Positions 29,267-38,725 of a DNA stretch of 64,000 nt are shown piece by piece; positions within the stretch are counted from its first letter, which is position 1, and each line of letters opens with the position of its first letter. The stretch covers positions 2,016,001 to 2,080,000 of the forward strand of contig CAXXGO010000001.1 of NCBI GenBank assembly GCA_963666835.2, given 5' to 3'. The notes beneath the pieces were generated by a model. It worked only from the letters and a program-made list of their open reading frames with translations. It searched no databases and was not told the origin of the DNA. The translations under genes and the position numbers were made by a program. The stretch is from Phycisphaerae bacterium (lineage in GTDB: Bacteria > Planctomycetota > Phycisphaerae > UBA1845).

Positions 29267-32257
29267 TTACGGGCAACTTGCCGGTGCCGTGAAGGGATAG
29301 GCCAAGCCCTTGAACCCGTTTACGGCTTGCTGAATGTCCGTCATGTTGGTCAGGATATTCGGCACTTCGCCGTCGAGGTCGACCCAGGTCAGATGCGGGG
29401 CGGTCGGGGCGCCGGAGAATCGTTGCATAACGGCCTGAAGGTCACTCATGTTGATGACGCCGTTGGGTGGTCCCCAGGTACCGGAAAAACTACCTACACA
29501 GTCGGCCCAGAGCTTCGGCAACGGGGCGGGCGACGTCTCCAGCGTCAACGGGGCCGAGTAGTCGGTCTCGTCTAGCGGGTTGCATCCGCAATGGATTGCC
29601 TGAATCGCGTATTGCTCCCCCGTAGCGATTGCACAGTCGCCTACGTGAATGACGGCCGGGACGGTGTTCCAATCCTGGCAGTACCAGTCGCTGCCGAGGC
29701 GATAGAAGTCGTCAGGCTCTCCGGAAACGTGCTCCCGGACCCACCACTGGCGTCCGCTGCCGACGTGCGTAATCCGGATAGCGAACATCTCACCGCCGAC
29801 GCTGTAAATATCACTGACGTCGATCGAGAGGTACCGATTCTTGGGGACGTAACATCGCCCGCTGATGCAGGTGGCGACTCCCGTGCAGGTTGCGTCGCAA
29901 GGCCCGAATTCCTCCGGCATGGGGGCGTTGAGCGCCGGGCATTCACAGTCATCTGGAATGCCGTTGCTGTCGGTATCGGGCATGCCACCAATATTGATGT
30001 CGCACCAGTCGGGAATACCGTTCGGCTGGCAGTCCGCACAGTCCGGGTCTTCGGCGCCGCAATTCGCTATGTCGCAATCATCCGGAATGCCGTTCGGCTG
30101 GCAATCGGTCTCACATTCATCTGGAATCCCGTTCGTATTACAGTCGGCGCACGCCGGACAGATCGGCGGGACCTCGCACTCGTCCGGAACGACATTCGCG
30201 TTGCAGTCGTCCCCGGCCGGGTTGATCGGCGGGACCTCGCACTCGTCCGGAGTGCCGTTACTGTTGCAGTCCGGACCGGCACCGAGCGGCGGAATATCGC
30301 AATCGTCGGGAATGCTGTTGGAATTACAGTCGTTGGCCGTGCCCAGCTCGATCTCACAAAGGTCCGGAATACCGTTGCTATTGCAATCTCCACCGCCGAT
30401 CGTGGAGAACGACCAGATCGGCCCCTCGGTGTCCAACCCGAGCCGGTGGGAGACAACCTGCCAGTAGTAAGTCTGGTCGCATTCCAGCAGGCCGGGGTCA
30501 CAGTTCGGGTCTTCGACTCCGTGACAGACCACCGTCGTCGGAGGATTAGTCGTATCCATGAACACGTCATAGCCCGAGACACACTGCTCTTCCATCAAAC
30601 TGGTTAAGACGTCTTCACTCCAGCAGTGCATCCGCCCGGTCTGCTGGGGGGTAAACTCGGTGCAGCAGTAATCCGGAGTGTAGCCCATGTAGTTGTGGTA
30701 AGGCGTCGGTGCCCAGAAGTTATACGGGGAACAGGTGTCGTTGCCCGTAGGGTCATTGCAATACCGATGCAGCGGGGTCGCCGCAGTATCGGAGCACCGA
30801 TCACCCTCGTAGTCCTGATCCGCCACGCCGGCCAGTTCATAACACGGGTCTTCGCATCCATCGACCTCGTCAACTCCGTGGAACGGGTGCCAGAGTCCGA
30901 GGCAATGGCCAATCTCATGTACCAGGGTCGTATCTCCCGGTCCGAACATCGTCGAGTGCAGGCATACGCCGCCTTGGTTGCCCAGGCAATCCTCATCCCA
31001 CGGGAACGTGCCGTACGAATACGCATCGAGGTTGTACGTGAGGTAGACGTTTAGCTGCGTATCCGGCGACTCCGCGTATTCCTCCTTCATGTAGTAGAAC
31101 TCATAGTCCGGCTCCCCGGGGTTGATCGTCTGGTACTGCGTGCTGTTGTGAAAGACCGTCTCGTGAACAAACTGGATGTTGTACGGCTCGTAGCGCAGAT
31201 TGGTGAACGCCATGTGGTCATCAACCTCGGCCTCGGTGGCGAAGCACCCGGTGCCGGCATCGCTGCAGAACACGTGGAAGAGAACGCGGAATACCTTCGT
31301 CAGCGTGTACTCGTCCGGAATGAAGGCGTCACGCATGATCGGTGTATCGCAGATGCCGTCGATCGTACAGGCGTGCCGGGAGGCCAACGCATCTTTCTCG
31401 CCGGCGCCTACGTGGGCCAGCTTGGCATCGTATATCTCCTGGGTGGCGCAGCGGTCTTCGGTGGAGCGTGCCGCGCGGACGTCGTCGAACACACTGCTAA
31501 CCGCTTCCTTACTCCAGGTACGCTCACTCTGTGAGGCAATCGCTGCCGTGCGGATCGCGCCGCCGTCCCACGACAAATCGTCGTTAAGGCTGACATTGCC
31601 GGTGCCGTCGCCTGGGATCGGGTTGGCCGGTGTCGGAGGGCCGCCATCACCCTCGCAGTAGATCTGTGCATAGAACGCTGCGTAGTATGGCGCTATTGAG
31701 CAGTTGCAGCCCGCCCCCATCGTATAGTAGGCATCCGCGGAAAAACCGGTTTCGGCGGGTTCCCCCAACAGAATCCCGGCCGTTGAAGCCCCGGAGAACT
31801 GCAGGCGCAGCCAAGTAACCCGGGGAACCTGAACCGGCGCCGCGGATAGATCGACCGTCAGCACTTGCAGACCGGCCGTATCATCCAATCCGGAAAAAGA
31901 CCCGCTGGTTCCCGCGATCTCGCTGCCGCCGTCTTCCGGGCAAGCGTCCCACAGCGAGGCGGTTACATTGAACGTGCTGGAGCCGGTGCCGCCCCCGTCC
32001 ACTCCAAACGAATACGACGTAACGGAACACCCGCACGGCTGGGTGGTCCACAGGTCGTCCGCAATCGGGAAGAAGCTGGGGGGATAAAGGAAGGTCCCGC
32101 CGGTAGCGCTATACACCAGCGTGCTATCGGCCCGGGCCGATTTCAGCCCCTGAAACGAGTCCCCAAACAGCCCAGACTGCATCAGGGCGCCGTCGGCCCC
32201 GAATATCACCGCCAGCGCAATGACGATGGGCCACGTGGTTGTCTTCAAAGAACGCAT
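29267..32257 (-). CDS. Secreted M43 (pappalysin/ulilysin-like) zinc metalloprotease with Cys/Asp repeats and a dockerin-like C-terminus
   Basis: HEIGHCLGLWH metzincin motif, NYMGY Met-turn, FTPQQ; 8 DCNxNGxPDxC-type repeats; C-terminal PPNGVINMSD...NMTDIQQAV. Confidence 0.88.
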   Translation of the reverse strand: MRSLKTTTWPIVIALAVIFGADGALMQSGLFGDSFQGLKSARADSTLVYSATGGTFLYPPSFFPIADDLWTTQPCGCSVTSYSFGVDGGGTGSSTFNVTASLWDACPEDGGSEIAGTSGSFSGLDDTAGLQVLTVDLSAAPVQVPRVTWLRLQFSGASTAGILLGEPAETGFSADAYYTMGAGCNCSIAPYYAAFYAQIYCEGDGGPPTPANPIPGDGTGNVSLNDDLSWDGGAIRTAAIASQSERTWSKEAVSSVFDDVRAARSTEDRCATQEIYDAKLAHVGAGEKDALASRHACTIDGICDTPIMRDAFIPDEYTLTKVFRVLFHVFCSDAGTGCFATEAEVDDHMAFTNLRYEPYNIQFVHETVFHNSTQYQTINPGEPDYEFYYMKEEYAESPDTQLNVYLTYNLDAYSYGTFPWDEDCLGNQGGVCLHSTMFGPGDTTLVHEIGHCLGLWHPFHGVDEVDGCEDPCYELAGVADQDYEGDRCSDTAATPLHRYCNDPTGNDTCSPYNFWAPTPYHNYMGYTPDYCCTEFTPQQTGRMHCWSEDVLTSLMEEQCVSGYDVFMDTTNPPTTVVCHGVEDPNCDPGLLECDQTYYWQVVSHRLGLDTEGPIWSFSTIGGGDCNSNGIPDLCEIELGTANDCNSNSIPDDCDIPPLGAGPDCNSNGTPDECEVPPINPAGDDCNANVVPDECEVPPICPACADCNTNGIPDECETDCQPNGIPDDCDIANCGAEDPDCADCQPNGIPDWCDINIGGMPDTDSNGIPDDCECPALNAPMPEEFGPCDATCTGVATCISGRCYVPKNRYLSIDVSDIYSVGGEMFAIRITHVGSGRQWWVREHVSGEPDDFYRLGSDWYCQDWNTVPAVIHVGDCAIATGEQYAIQAIHCGCNPLDETDYSAPLTLETSPAPLPKLWADCVGSFSGTWGPPNGVINMSDLQAVMQRFSGAPTAPHLTWVDLDGEVPNILTNMTDIQQAVNGFKGLAYPFTAPASCP

Positions 32258-32502
32258 GAGTCTCCGCCTTTCTACGCTTTCCCTCGCATTGGATGCCGGA
32301 GTAACCACCACCAGGTCATTGCCCCGGACTGCGTTTTAGGTTGTCCATCTAGGGATGCTCTGAATGTCGGGATCCCGTGCCGCTGAGATCCCGGCGCACA
32401 ACCAAACCGATTACCCCCACTCAGGGATAAGACAAGCGCATTGCGCGCCACACCTTCCGAATGGCTCTCTCCCAAATCCTCCAGCCCTCTGAGCCGCCTC
32501 TG

Positions 32503-32531
32503 ATACTACTACTATCGGGGCGTAAATGCAA
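32503..32531 (-). promoter_or_regulatory. Sigma70-type promoter for the M43 gene
   Basis: TTGCAT-N17-TAGTAT on the minus strand; implies a leader of about 240 nt. Confidence 0.4.
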
Positions 32532-32586
32532 GCGGTACGTGTTGAGATGATGCGCGCATGTAATAGTCAGGCGAAGAATTCCACTG

Positions 32587-33219
32587 CTACTGCGTGCTCC
32601 GGCCGGGGATCCGGTAGAGCGATCGTGCCTCGATGAACTCTCGAACGCACTCCGGGACGAGGTAGCGGATTGACCGTCCATTGCCGACTCGCCGGCGGAT
32701 ATCGGTCGAGGATATCTCGATCAGTGGGGTGTCCACAATACCGGACTCAAGACGCTCGATCTGCGCGACAGTGAAAACGTCGCGCAACCGCGTACGGTCG
32801 AGCCGACCCCAGCCGGGACGAGCGGCCGTGATGATGCGACAGCACTCCACCAGGTCCGCGCCTCGATGCCATGAGGGAAGATCCGGCAGGGAGTCGGCTC
32901 CAATCAGCCAGGAGATCTCGACATCGCGGCCGAGTTCGCCCTGAAAGTGCTCAATAGTGTCAATAGTATAGCTCGGACCCGTGCGTGACAGATCAAAGTC
33001 ACTAACATCGAAGAGTGGATCCCCCGCAACCGCCAGGCGGACCATTTGAGCCCGCGTAGCGGCATCGGTGAGATCCTCCGGGCTCTTATGAGGAGGGTGG
33101 GCTGACGGCAAGAAGATCACACGATCCAGAGCCAGCCGCTCAGCTACCGCCCGGGCTACAACGAGGTGCCCGTGGTGGATTGGGTCGAAACTCCCGCCGT
33201 ACAGGCAAACTTCCGGCAT
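32587..33219 (-). CDS. nadD: Nicotinate-nucleotide adenylyltransferase
   Basis: GGSFDPIHHGH, PPHK, SYTIDT, LIGADS and ISSTDIR motifs. Confidence 0.95.
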   Translation of the reverse strand: MPEVCLYGGSFDPIHHGHLVVARAVAERLALDRVIFLPSAHPPHKSPEDLTDAATRAQMVRLAVAGDPLFDVSDFDLSRTGPSYTIDTIEHFQGELGRDVEISWLIGADSLPDLPSWHRGADLVECCRIITAARPGWGRLDRTRLRDVFTVAQIERLESGIVDTPLIEISSTDIRRRVGNGRSIRYLVPECVREFIEARSLYRIPGRSTQ

Positions 33220-33428
33220 GATATCGTCTGCGAGATCCTGGCGCCTCAGGTTAGCTCTGACAATCCGAGCGTCCGACGATCGTCCCAAGCGTCTCGTGGT
33301 TCGGGACTCCCCCGTACCCACCTGAGGCGGATCGTAACTCGGACATTTTTCAGCGTCAACGTTGGTGCAAACTCTCCCATTGCAGCATTCCGTGGAGGGC
33401 GCGGGTGTTCGGACCGATAATATAAGCG

Positions 33429-34709
33429 GTGGAGGTGCGCGTTATGCCAATCCGGTCGTCACCGGAAGTCAGCTTCATTCTGGCAACCCATAACCGACGT
33501 GAGGTTGTGCAGGACACTCTTGCGCGGCTGGATCGTTGCGGTTTGGACCGCGCCGACTTCGAAGTGATCGTAGTCGACAACGCATCTTCGGACGGTACGC
33601 CCGATGCTATCGCCCCGCGCGTAGACATCCTCATGCGATTGCACACGAATCGCGGGAGTTGCGCGAAGGCACTGGGGATTCCTGAAGCCGCCGGCCGTTT
33701 CGTAGTGTTCCTGGATGATGATTCGAGTCCGCGCCCGGGAAGTGTTCGGCGGATGATCACCCGGTTTGATGAAGATCCCGACTTAGGGGCGGCCGGCTTT
33801 TCCGTGCACCTGCCGAACGGCGAAAAGGAGGGGGCGGCGCTTCCCGATGTCTTTGTCGGCTGCGGGGTGGGCTTTCGGACGCACGCGCTGCGCGAGGTCG
33901 GCGGGCTCGACCGGTCATTTTTCATGCAGGCCGAGGAATATGATCTGAGTTTCCGGCTGGCCGGGGCGGGATGGAAGGTCCGAGTGGTCGCGGATCTTGC
34001 CGTTGACCACCTCAAGACGCCGCGAGCCCGCAGGAGCGACCGGACCGCCTTCTGTGACACGAGGAACAACCTGCGCGTTGCGGCGCGTTACCTGCCCCGG
34101 CCCTACTACCAGGTCTACGCCGCCGACTGGCTGCAGCGTTACGCCTGGTTCGCCGAGCAAGACGGCACCGTGGCTTCCTTCAAACGTGGAGCTCGTGCAG
34201 GGAGATACCGCGGTTTGCTGGAGCGTTGGACCCATCGCCGACGGCGCCTTGGTCCCGACCTTCTCGAGCGGTTCTTCTGCTGGGGGACGATCCACCGGAA
34301 CATGGCCGCACTGGTTGACTCGGGGGTGCGGCGGATCGTGTTGGCTGATCTCGGCAAGAACGTCTACCCGTTTGTTCGGGCGGCACGTTCGTTGGGGCTG
34401 CAGATCTCAGCCATCGGGGACGATCGGTTCGGGGGATGTCAGTATCAATATCGCGGGATTCCGGTGGATTCACTAGCCGACGTTCTGCAAAGCGAGCCGC
34501 AGGCCGTGGTCGTGGCCAATACCGGTCCGGTGCATGCCGCGCGGATCCGAAACCTGGTGCGCGACCGGTGCGGATTGCCGGTGTATGCGTGGCTGGCAGA
34601 GGATGCGCCGGTTGAGCCGACGCGACGAGCAGAAATCGAAACGGACGGGACCGGCCCGAATGCCGATGAAGACGCAGGTATGCGTTTGCGCGTGCCGGCA
34701 ATGACGTAG
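33429..34709 (+). CDS. Glycosyltransferase family 2 with extra C-terminal Rossmann-like domain
   Basis: VIVVDNASSDGT, FLDDD, VGGLD and EEYDL motifs. Confidence 0.88.
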   Translation: MEVRVMPIRSSPEVSFILATHNRREVVQDTLARLDRCGLDRADFEVIVVDNASSDGTPDAIAPRVDILMRLHTNRGSCAKALGIPEAAGRFVVFLDDDSSPRPGSVRRMITRFDEDPDLGAAGFSVHLPNGEKEGAALPDVFVGCGVGFRTHALREVGGLDRSFFMQAEEYDLSFRLAGAGWKVRVVADLAVDHLKTPRARRSDRTAFCDTRNNLRVAARYLPRPYYQVYAADWLQRYAWFAEQDGTVASFKRGARAGRYRGLLERWTHRRRRLGPDLLERFFCWGTIHRNMAALVDSGVRRIVLADLGKNVYPFVRAARSLGLQISAIGDDRFGGCQYQYRGIPVDSLADVLQSEPQAVVVANTGPVHAARIRNLVRDRCGLPVYAWLAEDAPVEPTRRAEIETDGTGPNADEDAGMRLRVPAMT

Positions 34710-34742
34710 GAAGGCAACACCGCGCACAAGGAGTGCAAAACA

Positions 34743-35771
34743 GTGGGAAAGGTCGCCTTGATAACCGGGGTCACGGGGCAGGACGGCTCGTATCTCGCCG
34801 AGTTTCTCATGGGCAAGGGATACGAAGTTCATGGGATAATGCGCCGGGCGAGCGTCTTTACGACGGAGCGGGTGGAACATCTCTATCAGGATCGCCACGA
34901 CACGGATGTGCGGTTCCGCCTGCACTATGGCGATCTGCTTGACCCCTTGAGTGTCCGGCGGATCATCAGCGAAACGGGCCCCGACGAGGTCTACAATCTC
35001 GGGGCGCAATCCCATGTTCGCACGAGCTTCGATCAACCGGTATACACGGCGGACGTGGTGGCCATCGGAGCATTACACCTTCTGGAGGCGATTCGCGACT
35101 ACCAGGCCTCCTCCGGGCGGCAGGTGCGTTTCTATCAAGCCTCCAGCAGCGAGATGTTCGGCAAGGTAGCCGAGGTCCCGCAGAACGAGCAAACCCCGTT
35201 CTACCCCAGGAGTCCCTATGCCTGTGCCAAGGTCCACGCATATTGGCAAACCGTCAACTACCGCGAGGCCTACGGGTTGTTTGCCTGCAATGGGATCCTC
35301 TTCAACCATGAGTCTCCGCGCCGCGGCGAGACGTTCGTCACTCGAAAGATAACCCGGGCGGCGACGCGGATAAAGCTGGGGCTGCAGGATACGCTCTTCC
35401 TCGGGAACCTCGATGCCAAGCGAGACTGGGGGTACGCCGGCGATTTCGTCGAGGCGATGTGGCTGATGCTGCAGCAGGAGGACCCCGACGACTTCGTAAT
35501 CGCCACCGGGGAAACGCACAGCATTCGCGAGTTTCTAGATCGAGCGTTTGGCTACCTCGACCTTGACTGGCGCGAGTATGTCAAGTTCGACTCGCGCTAC
35601 CTTCGCCCGACCGAGGTCAGTTTGTTACTCGGGGACGCGGCCAAGGCACGCGATCTGCTCGGTTGGCGGCCAAGCGTGGATTGGGAGGAGCTCGTCCACA
35701 TGATGGTCGACGCCGATATGGTCATCGCCGAAAAAGAACGCGCCCTCGTTGACGCCGGCCATTTGGTCTAA
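34743..35771 (+). CDS. gmd: GDP-mannose 4,6-dehydratase
   Basis: [33 protein letters not shown] and [17 protein letters not shown] motifs. Confidence 0.97.
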   Translation: MGKVALITGVTGQDGSYLAEFLMGKGYEVHGIMRRASVFTTERVEHLYQDRHDTDVRFRLHYGDLLDPLSVRRIISETGPDEVYNLGAQSHVRTSFDQPVYTADVVAIGALHLLEAIRDYQASSGRQVRFYQASSSEMFGKVAEVPQNEQTPFYPRSPYACAKVHAYWQTVNYREAYGLFACNGILFNHESPRRGETFVTRKITRAATRIKLGLQDTLFLGNLDAKRDWGYAGDFVEAMWLMLQQEDPDDFVIATGETHSIREFLDRAFGYLDLDWREYVKFDSRYLRPTEVSLLLGDAAKARDLLGWRPSVDWEELVHMMVDADMVIAEKERALVDAGHLV

Positions 35772-35815
35772 CCCGGCTTGTCCATGACCTTCGCATGAAA
35801 GCGCGTAACTTAACT

Positions 35816-36146
35816 GTAGCGCCACCGCTCGTCGGTGGCGTCATGGTAACAGGTAGGGTCCGCTCCTCGGACCAATTCGCTCGTTCATTATAAGTATGGT
35901 TACGGAGTTGTAGGGCATGGTCGAGGTACGAGACCTGCCGTGGTCCTCGCGCGACGTGCGGCGTCTGTGGCAGGTCTCGTACCTCGACCGTGCCCTACGA
36001 GGCCCTCGCGCGACGTGCGCCGGCGCGGCAGGTCTCGTGCTTCGACCATGCTCTACGGGTGGTGCCAATCTGGTGGCATGGGTCAACTTGTTGAGCCGTG
36101 GGGCGTGACGCGACGGAGGCGGGCAGGCCGCTTACGCTCGCCGTAC
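35816..36146. repeat. Cluster of GTAG-footed REP-like hairpins
   Basis: GTAG-CGCCACCG..CGGTGGCG at 35816; GTAG-GGTCCG..CGGACC at 35853; family-A REP inverted at 35910-35939 and direct at 35969-35998 and 36027-36056 (58-bp spacing); CGCTTACGCTCGCCGTAC near 36129. Confidence 0.8.
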
Positions 36147-36224
36147 CGACTGCGCGGACCTTCTTGCAGAGCGTTGTCGGCTGTATGCCTACTTTCCTTT
36201 GGGACGGGTTAGCGCGTGGCCGCG

Positions 36225-38546
36225 TCAACTGCCGGGGGTGTTTGTGACGCGCTCAAGACCGTCGCGGGCGGCGGTGTTAGCCGGTTGTCGGCGAAGGGCC
36301 TCCTGAAAAGCGTTCGCCGCTTCCGTGCGTTTGCCCTGTTCTTCCAACGCTACCCCCAGATTGACATACGCGTTGACGTACGCGGGGTTGATCCGCAGAG
36401 CGGCGCGATAGGCCTGTTCGGCCTCTTGGGTTCTGCCGGCTCTTAACAAGGTATTCGCCAGATTGTACCGGGCGCCGAAGTGGCTCGGTTCGAGGGCGAT
36501 TACGTCCTGGTATGCTGACAGGGCCTCGTCAAACAACCCCTGGGCGGCCAGGGCAATTGCGAGGTTGTAATGGCCGTCGATGTGACGCTGGTCGAGCCGG
36601 ACTGCCTCACGATACTCCGCAATGGCATCCTCCGCCTCCCCGACCTGAGCCAGAACAACGCCGAGATTGAAATGCGTCACGGCATCGTCGGGTTCGATTG
36701 CCAACGCCCGGCGGTACTCGGTTACCGCCTCCCCGGGGCGGCCTGCGGTACTCAAAGCGCCGGCCAGTCCGCACCGGGCATGGGCGGAATCCGGATGGGC
36801 GTCGGCCCACTCGGACCATTGTGCCAGAGCTTCGTCAGTCTGCCCGGCTTTGCCCAGAGCCCGAACGAGGTTGTCGTGCCCGCCGACGAAGTCGGGGGCG
36901 ATACGCCGGACTTCGCGGTAGTGGGCAAGCGACTCCTCGACTCGGCGCTGCTCCAGCAGAATGTGCCCCATCTGGGTGTGCGCCTCCAGGAAGTCGGGGT
37001 TGAGGCGGAGCGCCTCTTGATAGTGCGGAAGGACTTGCTCCGGCGGGGCGGACCGCTTTCGATAATACTCACCCAGGCTCATGTGCATGTCGGCCTCGCT
37101 TGTCACGGTCTCCATGCGAAAGGGGCCTGCCCAGCTACAGGCCAGGGCAACACCGAGAGCGATGCTGGCCGCGGGCAAGACGCGTCGCCAACCTCCGGCT
37201 CGGGCGCGTTCCAGCGCTGCAAGGCCTCCGGCTGCCGCCACGACTGCGGCAACGGGAATAATCGGAATGCGATACCGCCCCGTAACATGAGCCAGGATTA
37301 CCGATGCGGGGTACAAAACCAGGAACAGCATCATCGGGAACGGGATCCGCCGCCAGGTGAAGACCAAGCCGACGACGGCCGCGGGTAGAAGAACACCGAA
37401 CGGGAATCCGAACTTGCCGATCCGCCATGCCAGAATAGTAAGGACCCCGGACCACCGACGCTGCAAGTAGATGTCTTCGTAGCTCGGTATCTCGCGGGTC
37501 GTAAGGAACTGAATGGTCTTGCGAACCACACCGCCGGCGAAGTGCAGGGGGTGGTGCAGAACATAGCTCATCGTCTCGCGATAGAAGTACTGCGAGCCGT
37601 CGTACTGATCGTCGCCGATGCCGTGCTGATTCGGCAGATCGCGCAGTTCTTCATACTCCCGCCAGGGGCGGGTGGCCTCGGTGCGGGCGGAATCCAGGTT
37701 GTTCCCCATGTAGACATTGATGCCGCCGTTGGCCGGCATGATGCCGAAGTGGCCGGTGTGCGACCAGTTCTGCAGAGCCACCGGCAGAGTGACAACTACA
37801 TAGCCCCCAACGATTGCCCCGAGCCTCGGCAGCAACTTCCTGCCGGTCAAACCACCCCGGCGCAAGGTGAGCCCCAACCAAACGCAGCCGATTACCCCGA
37901 ACGGCAGAAACGTGGGCCGGGTCAATACCGCCAGAGCCCCGCAAACGCCCAGAGCAGCGCACCAACCGAGGCTTCTGCTGTTGGCTGCTCTTAGGAACAA
38001 GAGAATCGTCGCCACGGACCAGAACGTCGCCCAGCCGGTAGCCAGCAGTTCTGCCTCATAGAATATGAGCGGTCCGTAAACCGCCGTGATCAGCCCGGCC
38101 ACGATTCCGGTTTTCCGATCGAAGACGTGTCGCCCCAGGAAGTAGGTCAGCACGCAGGTCACCGAGCCGAGCAAGATCCCGAGGGCCTTGGCGGCGACGA
38201 TTGTCTTTGCGAACAACGTGTACACCACGGTCAGAAAACACGGAAAGAACACCGGCTGCCAGAAGAAGTCACTGGTTAGAGCCTTGTTCTCGATCAGTTG
38301 CCGGACCATCAGTTCGTAGTTCTGAGCATCTGCGATCGGCGCGCTGAAGGTTGGATTGTCACAGCTTTCCAGAAGGTAGATCAGCCGTATGACCAGCGCG
38401 ACGGCGAACACCAAGATCGGGGTCTTGACATCTCTGCAGGGGGGATCGCCGATGCCGGATCGATTCACCGAGGTCGGTCCGTCATTATTCCGGCGTTCTT
38501 GCCGGGCGGAGTCGCGAGGTCTGCGGTTCTTTCGTGATGCAGCCAT
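36225..38546 (-). CDS. GT-C (ArnT/PMT-like) membrane glycosyltransferase with C-terminal TPR repeats
   Basis: Multi-TM N-terminus with ADAQNY, LTRP and NGGINVYMGNN; TPRs such as HFNLGVVL, HYNLAIAL, RYNLANTL and YVNLGVAL. Confidence 0.85.
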   Translation of the reverse strand: MAASRKNRRPRDSARQERRNNDGPTSVNRSGIGDPPCRDVKTPILVFAVALVIRLIYLLESCDNPTFSAPIADAQNYELMVRQLIENKALTSDFFWQPVFFPCFLTVVYTLFAKTIVAAKALGILLGSVTCVLTYFLGRHVFDRKTGIVAGLITAVYGPLIFYEAELLATGWATFWSVATILLFLRAANSRSLGWCAALGVCGALAVLTRPTFLPFGVIGCVWLGLTLRRGGLTGRKLLPRLGAIVGGYVVVTLPVALQNWSHTGHFGIMPANGGINVYMGNNLDSARTEATRPWREYEELRDLPNQHGIGDDQYDGSQYFYRETMSYVLHHPLHFAGGVVRKTIQFLTTREIPSYEDIYLQRRWSGVLTILAWRIGKFGFPFGVLLPAAVVGLVFTWRRIPFPMMLFLVLYPASVILAHVTGRYRIPIIPVAAVVAAAGGLAALERARAGGWRRVLPAASIALGVALACSWAGPFRMETVTSEADMHMSLGEYYRKRSAPPEQVLPHYQEALRLNPDFLEAHTQMGHILLEQRRVEESLAHYREVRRIAPDFVGGHDNLVRALGKAGQTDEALAQWSEWADAHPDSAHARCGLAGALSTAGRPGEAVTEYRRALAIEPDDAVTHFNLGVVLAQVGEAEDAIAEYREAVRLDQRHIDGHYNLAIALAAQGLFDEALSAYQDVIALEPSHFGARYNLANTLLRAGRTQEAEQAYRAALRINPAYVNAYVNLGVALEEQGKRTEAANAFQEALRRQPANTAARDGLERVTNTPGS

Positions 38547-38725
38547 TAACTGTCGCCGGGGGCCGGTGGTTCGCGGATGCCGCATTGAAGGCGGCGCTCC
38601 TGTACCGAATCGGGTTCCAGCCCGGCATGATACCCTGCGGAGCCGTTATCGCCCACCGGCGCGAACGGTGAGACCGCCTTCGCGCCGGCGTCTTCGTCGG
38701 GTTCGGTACGGTCCGGCGGCGCGCG

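Noticed and set aside
32260..32500. Riboswitch in the M43 leader (also checked the S9 and TssBC leaders)
   Set aside because: No recognisable c-di-GMP, cobalamin, TPP or SAM consensus was seen by eye; only generic hairpins.
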